Origin: a virus
Virus genome (UHGV): UHGV-0229283
Direction: 5' to 3' (one strand)
Length of the DNA: 64,000 nucleotides
The first letter of the stretch is position 1; every line of letters starts with the position of its first letter. Of this stretch, positions 8,845 to 16,485 are shown in pieces. The notes under the pieces were generated by a model. It was given only the letters and a program-made list of their open reading frames with translations. It searched no databases and was not told the DNA's origin. The translations under genes and the position numbers were made by a program.

Positions 8845-10139
8845 GTTAATGTATCGAGTTCACGAACGCTTTGGCCGACAGGGAACTGAGGAACACCATC
8901 ATCAGTTCTAGCTTGGAACGTGAAGTTAATAAACTTACCCACCAGAAGGAGCATTCGTTCCTGAGATCTCTCTGCGTGGGTTCCCTTCATTTTACAGTTG
9001 AAACGTGTACCATCTTTCTCTTCGCAGAGTAATACACCCTCACCGTTCTTATCTTCCACAGAATCAAGGACTTTAGCCTCGCCGTCTTGGAAAAGTTTCC
9101 ATTTCTGGAGATCAGAAGATCGCTGACCAAATTCATAGACACCTTTGAAATTTCGGATGATAGCACCCTCAAAGCCTTGCTGCATAAAATGTCCGATTGA
9201 TTGCTTAACCTCATCCTCAGTGTCAAAGACATTCCCTTGGACCACATTTATTTTATCTGCTTTAATAACAGAGGTGAAGTGGTCAGTGTCCATAAGGTCT
9301 TTGTATCGACACTCCTTATCTGTATAGTCTGAAATCCCATCGTTAATCATCCAGGGTTTATTTGAACACGGAATGTCAAAGATATGGTACTCTAGGTCAA
9401 GGCTTGAATAGCCGCCATAACGATCAACATCTTTAACTGGTTCGATCGCGACAGAGTAAACATCACCATCGAAATCTTTCCAACTGTCTTCCCCATTGTC
9501 AATAGCTTTCTGATGGCGCTTCAGGTCAGACTGATAATCCTTTTCAATCTCTTCCTCGATCTGCTCTGGTGTACGCCACTTCTTAGCAAGAGCGACAATC
9601 TTTTGCAGACTCAGACCATGAATGTACAGCTCCCCATCGAATTTGTCAAACCCTGAATGCTCAGAAAGGGATTTAACCTGTTCAGACAACTCAGAATCAA
9701 GCGGTACAGGATACAGTTTGTTACCACGGCTATTGAATTGTGGGAAGCCATCTGCATAAAGAGTAACCAGAGCACGTACACCATCGAGCTTTGGCTGCAC
9801 GTATGCAGGATAAACTATTGATTTTGAACGTTTAGTTGCATCATGGGCCAGCATTGGGGAGAAGTTCTCTTCCTGCTCAAGCTTGCTTGTATCGTCACGA
9901 TATCCAAGGCGAACCTGTTTCTCCCATTTGGAAACCGCCTCAGCCAATGCCTGCTGTTCTGCGGTGGTTTCGTTAGAACGTCCAACGTTCTTCGGTTCAC
10001 AGGTGGTAACCTTTTGTTGCTTCTTACCACCAACCTTGCCAAACTCTACAACTACCTGATTACCAGCAATAAACACCTTCCAACACTGGAAAGAACCATC
10101 TTTATTAAGGGCGTACAGTGTACTGTTTACTTGTTGCAT
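8826..10139 (-). CDS. ATP-dependent DNA ligase with N-terminal WGR-like domain
   Basis: Adenylation motif PKLDGVRAL (KxDG), motif EGAIIR, OB-fold C-terminus; N-terminus has a WGR-like segment. Confidence 0.8.
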   Translation of the reverse strand: MQQVNSTLYALNKDGSFQCWKVFIAGNQVVVEFGKVGGKKQQKVTTCEPKNVGRSNETTAEQQALAEAVSKWEKQVRLGYRDDTSKLEQEENFSPMLAHDATKRSKSIVYPAYVQPKLDGVRALVTLYADGFPQFNSRGNKLYPVPLDSELSEQVKSLSEHSGFDKFDGELYIHGLSLQKIVALAKKWRTPEQIEEEIEKDYQSDLKRHQKAIDNGEDSWKDFDGDVYSVAIEPVKDVDRYGGYSSLDLEYHIFDIPCSNKPWMINDGISDYTDKECRYKDLMDTDHFTSVIKADKINVVQGNVFDTEDEVKQSIGHFMQQGFEGAIIRNFKGVYEFGQRSSDLQKWKLFQDGEAKVLDSVEDKNGEGVLLCEEKDGTRFNCKMKGTHAERSQERMLLLVGKFINFTFQARTDDGVPQFPVGQSVRELDTLTWEPVY

Positions 10140-10915
10140 TATTTCTCCTTGCTTTGCAATGGTGTCTTACCTTCAAGGTGATTCTCAACTATCTTGATAA
10201 GGCCGGGATTATTAAAGGCATCAACAGCTCCGGTACGATATACAAGAACACCCGCATTCTCATACATCATTTGTTCATCATACCTAATAGCAGGATTAAC
10301 AACAACAACTTTGGTCCCCCGCATAACCGCAGGGAACAACTCCCAGTTGAAGTTGATTACCGTGTTTGAGCACCCAACAACAATTACAAGATCTTGGCTT
10401 CCTAAAGACTCCAGGGTATCAGACATAGGTCCATACGCCGGAGCATTTTCACCAAAGAAAATTACGTTTGGTTTACACCAATCATAATCATCAGGATCAA
10501 TTTGGTCGTAGCCAATATCGACAACCTTTATCTTCTTGGTGAAAGCATCTTTAACAAGGATCTCTTTCAGATAACCATGTATGTACAGAGTATCTTCTTT
10601 AGGGACACCCGCACGTTCCAACAAATCATCGACGTTAGTCGTCATGTTGATAACTTGTCCAGGATAACGTTTGTACCACTCAGCCACGCGAAGATGCGCC
10701 GCATTCGGGTGTACAGTGGGTAACTCTGCACGACGCTTGTTATAAAACATGTGCGTTTTATGGTAGAAGTTACCACGGAAAGCGTGGATATTACATACCT
10801 CTTCAAGATCGTATTCATCCCACAAGGCCTTCCCAGAGTCCGTATCGGTGCGGAATGTACGGACACCACTCTCAGCAGAAAAACCAGCACCACTAATAAC
10901 TATTAAGCGTCTCAA
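10139..10915 (-). CDS. Sir2-family NAD-dependent protein deacylase/ADP-ribosyltransferase (sirtuin)
   Basis: ISGAGFSAESGVRTFR (GAGxSxxSGIPxFR), TTNVDDL (TQNVD-like), catalytic HG (LYIHG), VVGCS. Confidence 0.7.
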   Translation of the reverse strand: MRRLIVISGAGFSAESGVRTFRTDTDSGKALWDEYDLEEVCNIHAFRGNFYHKTHMFYNKRRAELPTVHPNAAHLRVAEWYKRYPGQVINMTTNVDDLLERAGVPKEDTLYIHGYLKEILVKDAFTKKIKVVDIGYDQIDPDDYDWCKPNVIFFGENAPAYGPMSDTLESLGSQDLVIVVGCSNTVINFNWELFPAVMRGTKVVVVNPAIRYDEQMMYENAGVLVYRTGAVDAFNNPGLIKIVENHLEGKTPLQSKEK

Positions 10916-10925
10916 CTATTTCTCC

Positions 10926-11333
10926 TTATTGTAATTTCAACGAGTTGCGTAAACGAGACTCTTGGGCGTCACGGATTTCCTGTGGGACATTATGCACAGA
11001 GTCATTACCATGCCGATTTTCAAGTACAATACTGACCACTTGATAACCATATAACGTAGCCATTACAAGATATGGCTGCAACTCTTTTTCAGAAGTGCTT
11101 GTGTTGGAAACGATGATCTTTTCAAGATTGATTTCCATAGCATCACGAACCATGTCTTGGCACCATTTGTGGGCCTTATTCATGTTCTCTGGCTTCCAGT
11201 CATAAACACCGTCTTCAGTGTAATGATACTGGTCAGCTTCGCAAACAGGCCAGTACCCGTCAGAAGACAAAGTTTGTGCTAGTGTTGACTTACCTGCGCC
11301 TGAAACTCCACGGACAATATAAAGTGTTTTCAC
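10926..11333 (-). CDS. P-loop nucleotide/polynucleotide kinase-like protein
   Basis: Walker A GVSGAGKST near the N-terminus; small AAA_33/zeta-kinase-like size. Confidence 0.5.
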   Translation of the reverse strand: MKTLYIVRGVSGAGKSTLAQTLSSDGYWPVCEADQYHYTEDGVYDWKPENMNKAHKWCQDMVRDAMEINLEKIIVSNTSTSEKELQPYLVMATLYGYQVVSIVLENRHGNDSVHNVPQEIRDAQESRLRNSLKLQ

Positions 11334-11342
11334 TTTGCCTCC

Positions 11343-11687
11343 TCAGTAATTGTTTCTTAGAATCGTCACACCATACCTGGCCATGCTCTCTTTTGCAAGC
11401 ATAAATTTGTGTCCTGCCGATGGGTTAGATGTATGCACGAAGAGTTTTACAGGACCAAACAACATCTTACCAAAGACAATCTTCTCCTCAAGATTAAGGA
11501 AGCACCAATACCCATCGTGGTCTGAGATCTCACCAAGATCATTATCGAAATGCCACTCAGTGACACGACGATATGGCTTACTACGATCTTCAAGGAACTC
11601 CATGAAATCTTCAGAGTTCTTCAACCATAAAGCATCAGGATGACCATAGTCTTTTGGGTCACGAAGGTCATCAAGCCATATTTTCAC
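11343..11687 (-). CDS. hypothetical protein
   Basis: 114-aa ORF. Confidence 0.4.
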   Translation of the reverse strand: MKIWLDDLRDPKDYGHPDALWLKNSEDFMEFLEDRSKPYRRVTEWHFDNDLGEISDHDGYWCFLNLEEKIVFGKMLFGPVKLFVHTSNPSAGHKFMLAKESMARYGVTILRNNY

Positions 11688-12604
11688 TTTTTATCCTCAA
11701 AGTATTTTTCAATAATCTTGCGACGATGCTGAGAGTCCTGCATCGCCCACTCCTCTTTTTCCCAAGCCCAGCGCAGCCAGTCAATAAGGCCATAATACTC
11801 TTCGTCAACACGCTTCTTGGCCTCTTCTGGGTTATCCCAGATCATGTCCCACTTATTCTGGCTGCCACGCATCAGGAACTTCTTCGCCAGGTAGTGTGGG
11901 GACTTGATTTTCAGAAGCAGTTCGCTGTTTTCGTCATCTGTTCCGACATTACGGATAACGTAGCCCTCATGTCCCACATGCTTAACATTATGAACAACAT
12001 CACCAAATGGAACAACATCCCATTGAGGACGTTTTGCACCGATCACTTCAGCTATGCGATCAAGACGATATTCTTCAAGCATTTTCCCATTTAAAGCTAA
12101 GTCGCGCATACCGATCAAGTATGCACCTTCTTTCTCCTCAACAATGTGAGGGTCGCTACTGTCACAAATTTCAAAGATGAAAGTATAGTCCTCTGGAAAT
12201 GCAACAAGATCTAATTTCATCTTTTCAAGATATTTTCGCGCCAGATCAGAGAACTCAGAGTCAAGCGTCCCTGTTGTTGAAACAAGAAGCTTACCTTTAT
12301 GAATAGCTGCTGTCGCCATAAAACCGTTTACTTTACGGATACACACAACCTGCTGATCGAGGGGTAAGTCAGTTCCATTCTCGAAGCGGTTGAAAATCTT
12401 AGTGAAAGGCCAGATAACAACGTTGTCCTCTGCATCAACAACCATGCCACGGCATTCAAGAAGACGTGGGTCAGTATGCCACAGGTTATCCCAGAACACA
12501 TTGTTCTTATACTTCAGAACAGACAGACCCGCGAATGGGCCGTCGGTGTAAGTCTTTTTGGATACTAGGTTTTTAGCAACCATGTCGTCTACGCAGAATT
12601 TCAT
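11684..12604 (-). CDS. RNA ligase-like nucleotidyltransferase (Rnl family)
   Basis: Putative lysine-adenylation motif IRKVNGFMA (K-x-[DN]-G) in a 306-aa protein of typical Rnl size. Confidence 0.5.
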   Translation of the reverse strand: MKFCVDDMVAKNLVSKKTYTDGPFAGLSVLKYKNNVFWDNLWHTDPRLLECRGMVVDAEDNVVIWPFTKIFNRFENGTDLPLDQQVVCIRKVNGFMATAAIHKGKLLVSTTGTLDSEFSDLARKYLEKMKLDLVAFPEDYTFIFEICDSSDPHIVEEKEGAYLIGMRDLALNGKMLEEYRLDRIAEVIGAKRPQWDVVPFGDVVHNVKHVGHEGYVIRNVGTDDENSELLLKIKSPHYLAKKFLMRGSQNKWDMIWDNPEEAKKRVDEEYYGLIDWLRWAWEKEEWAMQDSQHRRKIIEKYFEDKK

Positions 12605-12770
12605 GTTCTCTCCTTCGTCTGAGATTTTTCAATAGTTTGAGCACTTCTTTTTGTGCTGATTTCATTTCGCTGTAGTCATCATAGATGCTCAGATCTAGTT
12701 CGTCAACATATTCTTCAAGCTCGCTAATCAAAAAGGCCACGTTATGGATAAGATCAAGATCTTTTTTCAT
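12573..12770 (-). CDS. hypothetical protein
   Basis: 65-aa ORF. Confidence 0.3.
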   Translation of the reverse strand: MKKDLDLIHNVAFLISELEEYVDELDLSIYDDYSEMKSAQKEVLKLLKNLRRRREHEILRRRHGC

Positions 12771-13110
12771 AACCTTCCGCCTGATAATATGTTGTATTAT
12801 AAGGGGTTTCGATACTGAAGCTTATCTGGCACATCTCCTGAGCAAGATATTTTCCAAGTTCGACAGCCATTGATAATATCTCATGCTCCTGACGCTGGAA
12901 ACGTGGATACTGCATCAACCGCACAGTCATACCATCTTCGACACCACCTGTGTAAACATAGGTGCATGGAGCAATCTGCACACAAGCACCTTGCATAACC
13001 CACTGGCGACACAAATTCTCGGCCTGAGCATAATCCCCGGCAATGTGAATAGTAGCGAAGAAAGACTTCGCCGTGTTACGTGCTATGAAATTTCGTTCTT
13101 TGTTATGCAT
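12754..13110 (-). CDS. hypothetical protein
   Basis: 118-aa ORF. Confidence 0.35.
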   Translation of the reverse strand: MHNKERNFIARNTAKSFFATIHIAGDYAQAENLCRQWVMQGACVQIAPCTYVYTGGVEDGMTVRLMQYPRFQRQEHEILSMAVELGKYLAQEMCQISFSIETPYNTTYYQAEGYEKRS

Positions 13111-13111
13111 C

Positions 13112-13705
13112 TTATTCTCCGTGGTCAGCAGTGTAGATTGGTTTTTTGAGGCACATCAGGACGGCCTCACGCATCGTCAGAGGACGACCATGAACATCCC
13201 AACCTACATCGAGAATACGTCCACCGGGGGCTGTATAGGAGCCGTGGCTATGCCCGTGCAACATGACTGACCCGTGGTGTGCTTTGTTCCACGATGCGAA
13301 CGGATAGTGAGACATACACACATGCACCTTCTCTTTTCCAGTGCTGAAGTTAATCTCTTTATAATCAACAACTTCATGACCTAATTCACGGAAGATACGT
13401 TTCGTATCTCGGTTGTCATGGTTACCACCAACAAGAATGATCTTTCCGTTGATCTTTTCCAGAATATCACGAGTGCGTGGCTCAACGTAGCGACCGTAAG
13501 CGATCACGAAGTCACCAAGGTGTGCTACGACATCATCTGGTTTGACGTGCTTATTCCAGATTTCAATCATACCTGCATTCATGGCATACAGACTTTCACG
13601 GTCTTCTTTTTGACCGTACAGATTCTTACGGAATTTATCACACGATGGGAAACCAAGGATGTTGGTATGCCACCAGTGAGTGTCTGACGTAACATGGTCA
13701 ATCAT
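13112..13705 (-). CDS. calcineurin-like metallophosphoesterase
   Basis: Motifs GDFV...GNHD...HGHSH of the metallophosphatase superfamily. Confidence 0.7.
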   Translation of the reverse strand: MIDHVTSDTHWWHTNILGFPSCDKFRKNLYGQKEDRESLYAMNAGMIEIWNKHVKPDDVVAHLGDFVIAYGRYVEPRTRDILEKINGKIILVGGNHDNRDTKRIFRELGHEVVDYKEINFSTGKEKVHVCMSHYPFASWNKAHHGSVMLHGHSHGSYTAPGGRILDVGWDVHGRPLTMREAVLMCLKKPIYTADHGE

Positions 13706-13941
13706 GTATTCTCCTGATATCTTTTTACAAGTTCCTCTTGAATATGAAGTGTAACATCACGAACTTCACCTTCAAGGTCGTGGAGCACAGGACGAAGAAT
13801 ATCACGGATCAACTGTCTCTGCGAAGGTGTTATCCGATTTGCCTTCATAGCCTCTCGGCATACTTGGAAAGTAGCCGTGATGTTTTTCTGCTTTTCTTTC
13901 AACATTTTCTTTCTTCTGTTTAGTTTTGCAAGTCTGCTCAT
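13702..13941 (-). CDS. hypothetical protein
   Basis: 79-aa basic ORF. Confidence 0.35.
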   Translation of the reverse strand: MSRLAKLNRRKKMLKEKQKNITATFQVCREAMKANRITPSQRQLIRDILRPVLHDLEGEVRDVTLHIQEELVKRYQENT

Positions 13942-14222
13942 TTTTTCTTCCTCTTCGTAGTTTTCTTATACAGACCCAGTGCAGCATTTTCCTGAGCACA
14001 TGTCAATACCCGTGTTAATCCGCGACGATCAACCTCCGGCATGTTAAGCTCCCACCAACCCATCCAATAGATCTGATCCTTTGTCAGTGGTTCCGCTTCA
14101 GGATCTGCCTCCTGTTCATTCAGTCGCTGTAGAGCATCTTTAATCACACCCACATCGGTTGTGAACACAAATGCAGAGGTATCAAACTTTTCCTTGACAG
14201 GTTTCCTGATATCTTTCTTCAT
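13938..14222 (-). CDS. hypothetical protein
   Basis: 94-aa ORF. Confidence 0.35.
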   Translation of the reverse strand: MKKDIRKPVKEKFDTSAFVFTTDVGVIKDALQRLNEQEADPEAEPLTKDQIYWMGWWELNMPEVDRRGLTRVLTCAQENAALGLYKKTTKRKKK

Positions 14223-14509
14223 TTCATATCCTCAGCCGGGTAGGCGAACAGAATCCCATCCCTGATTTTCTGGTAATGTTGCCACACAATAAGTTTCATG
14301 CACACCAAGTTAACGATATGCCTATCACCATGAATGTAAACTGAAGCATCCATCCATGTCTTTCCCCAGTCTACCCGGCTATCTAAGTACAGTTTCACAC
14401 CATACTTTTTCTCCATAGACTTCATGATGTCTCTCAGAGCTAGATAAGCACCTTTATAGATGGAGTCATCACGGGTAATGCTCTTCATATCCAAAATAAT
14501 CCTCCACAA
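14219..14509 (-). CDS. hypothetical protein
   Basis: 96-aa ORF. Confidence 0.35.
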   Translation of the reverse strand: MWRIILDMKSITRDDSIYKGAYLALRDIMKSMEKKYGVKLYLDSRVDWGKTWMDASVYIHGDRHIVNLVCMKLIVWQHYQKIRDGILFAYPAEDMK

Positions 14510-14605
14510 TACCTCTCAGAGCCTCTGGGAGGCCCTGTATTTAATTTAATATGGGTTGGTAACCCAAGTGTACTACCACACCATTAAAACGCCTTAGAAC
14601 ACGTT

Positions 14606-14947
14606 CTAGAGCGTTACATGGATTTCACTTAGATCCACCACAACATTGTTGTTCTCGATGTGTTCCACAGTCAAGTCCTTTGCATATGTTACACACACAT
14701 TACGTCGAGCTAGTCTCGACTTTATCGAAGCATAGAAGTTATCGAAGACCTTGTCAACTGGTATACCATCTGGTAATACCACGCACACATTGTGGTCTTC
14801 ACCACATTCATGATACACTTCACGTAACATCATCAACTTGGTCTTCTCTTCATCGGTCTGCTCCGGTTTCCGTCGTGGCTTACCACAGACCATTTCACCG
14901 ATAATTTTTGTTTCTTTACTTGAAAACATAGCAATCTCCTTTAACAT
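14606..14947 (-). CDS. hypothetical early protein
   Basis: First ORF downstream of the minus-strand sigma70-like promoter at 14955-14982. Confidence 0.4.
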   Translation of the reverse strand: MLKEIAMFSSKETKIIGEMVCGKPRRKPEQTDEEKTKLMMLREVYHECGEDHNVCVVLPDGIPVDKVFDNFYASIKSRLARRNVCVTYAKDLTVEHIENNNVVVDLSEIHVTL

Positions 14948-14954
14948 TAACTAG

Positions 14955-14982
14955 ATTCTACACGTTAAAAAGTTCATGTCAA
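14955..14982 (-). promoter_or_regulatory. sigma70-like promoter for leftward early operon
   Basis: On complement: TTGACA (14977-14982) - 16 nt - TAGAAT (14955-14960); first gene starts at 14947. Confidence 0.55.
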
Positions 14983-14985
14983 CAC

Positions 14986-15014
14986 TTGACATCATCTTTT
15001 CTTCATACGATAAT
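14986..15014 (+). promoter_or_regulatory. sigma70-like promoter for rightward transcription
   Basis: TTGACA (14986-14991) - 17 nt - GATAAT (15009-15014). Its -35 is the other half of the palindrome ATGTCAACACTTGACAT shared with the leftward promoter. Confidence 0.55.
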
Positions 15015-15111
15015 CCAACTCATCGAGTCACCGACTCTAGGATATAGAGTATTTATACTCTGTAGTAAAAGATCTTGTTTTAGATCTTATGTTTTATTGT
15101 TTTTTAAAGAT

Positions 15112-15250
15112 CATAAGTTAGTTTAAATGATAAGTTAGTATTGTATTCCTGTTCGGGAATAATTAGATATTCCTAATCTGGAATAATTAGAGTTGACAGT
15201 ATTGGGTTAGTGGTGTAGCCTCTAATTATACCTATCGTGGAATAAACAGG
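15112..15250. repeat. nested inverted/direct repeat cluster in the divergent intergenic region
   Basis: Direct repeats ATAAGTTAGT (x2); alternating inverted repeats GGAATA-ATTAGA-TATTCC-TAATCT-GGAATA-ATTAGA; the whole block is bracketed by CCTGTT...AACAGG. Confidence 0.5.
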
Positions 15251-15252
15251 AG

Positions 15253-15627
15253 ATGGTGGTGGAGATAAAGATTGGTGACAACACTGTGAATATCAGAGAT
15301 GGGGCATATGTCACCATTCCGACACAGTGGCTTTTTGATGACCGTCTCTCACCCCAAGATTTGCAAAGATTAATCAAGCTTTGGTGGAGGTATGATTACT
15401 TCAAGAGTCTAAACCCAGATGGTGGCGATGAAGTTTTTTACCCATCTCAGAAATCTTTGTGCCATCTGTTTGGGTTGAGCGAGAAGTCACAACCGAAAGT
15501 ATCAGAGTTCTTGACAAAGATGGAGTCTCTTGGATACATTAGAAGGATACGTTCTGGTTTTCAGGATTCAAATGGGAATGCAAAACCTAGACATTACATA
15601 ATTGTTAATAGAGGATATATGAAATGA
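15253..15627 (+). CDS. hypothetical protein (possible winged-helix DNA-binding)
   Basis: First plus-strand gene after the divergent promoter region; good RBS (aaacaggagatggtg). Confidence 0.35.
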   Translation: MVVEIKIGDNTVNIRDGAYVTIPTQWLFDDRLSPQDLQRLIKLWWRYDYFKSLNPDGGDEVFYPSQKSLCHLFGLSEKSQPKVSEFLTKMESLGYIRRIRSGFQDSNGNAKPRHYIIVNRGYMK

Positions 15628-16424
15628 GTTTAGAACTTCGTCTGAACAAACTTGTAGTACCTGTCGATCACTTTACGTTCAAAGGTGGTGAAGAACAGGT
15701 TAAAATTGACATGGCGCATACCCCAAAAGGTGGTATTGGTTTCGTAGACATCACTGCGAAAATCAAAAACTCTACTGATGTTATGGCTCTTGCCATGTTG
15801 GTGGATGCATGTTCTCGCCTTGAAGGCCTTCATCATACTGCACAGTTCACTTTGCATCTACCGTACATCCCATATGCACGACAGGACCGCGTAATGCAAC
15901 CTGGTGAAGCGTTATCCATCAAAGTTTTCGCAAATATCGTCAACTCTCTTGGGTTTGACAAGGTCATTGTCGATGATCCGCACAGCGATGTCTCCGCCGC
16001 GTTGCTTAACAACGTTAAAATCCGTGGTCAGGACGCTCTTATTGCGGAATTCCATGAAGGTCTTGCCGGAAAAGATGTTGTTATCGTTGCCCCTGACGCC
16101 GGAGCACGTAAAAAAGCTCAGAAAGTTTCCGATCGACTTCGCCTTCCTCTGGTGGAAGCTGGAAAAGTGCGCGACCTGAAGACAAATGAAATTACCGGGA
16201 CTGCTGTTTTCGGTGATGTTGAAGGACGTGAGTGTGTTATTGTCGATGATATCTGCGATGGTGGTCGCACATTCATCGCCCTGGCACAAGCATTGAAGGC
16301 AAAAGGAGCAAAACGTGTTATTCTTTACGTAACTCACGGTATCTTTTCCTTCGGTAAAGAAGTTATCTACGAAGGCGGCGTTGATGAAATCTACGCGTAC
16401 CACGACTGGACCGAAAACTTTTAA
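15624..16424 (+). CDS. prs: ribose-phosphate pyrophosphokinase (PRPP synthetase)
   Basis: YARQDR motif, PRPP-binding loop (VIVDDICDGGRT), typical length 266 aa. Confidence 0.85.
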   Translation: MSLELRLNKLVVPVDHFTFKGGEEQVKIDMAHTPKGGIGFVDITAKIKNSTDVMALAMLVDACSRLEGLHHTAQFTLHLPYIPYARQDRVMQPGEALSIKVFANIVNSLGFDKVIVDDPHSDVSAALLNNVKIRGQDALIAEFHEGLAGKDVVIVAPDAGARKKAQKVSDRLRLPLVEAGKVRDLKTNEITGTAVFGDVEGRECVIVDDICDGGRTFIALAQALKAKGAKRVILYVTHGIFSFGKEVIYEGGVDEIYAYHDWTENF

Positions 16425-16485
16425 TTGACAAATGAATAAGTGGGCGTACAATCGCCCTATTAAACAAACAAAGGAGAAACAAAAC

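Noticed and set aside
15153-15190. GGAATAATTAGA repeats considered as a possible CRISPR-like array
   Set aside because: There are only 2-3 short copies with no spacers of unique sequence and no cas genes. They are better explained as operator-type inverted repeats.
16432-16485. Track start of nadV at 16432
   Set aside because: The ATG at 16486 is preceded by aaaggagaaacaaaac, and the encoded N-terminus from there aligns with the NAMPT core. The upstream 18 codons are probably untranslated.
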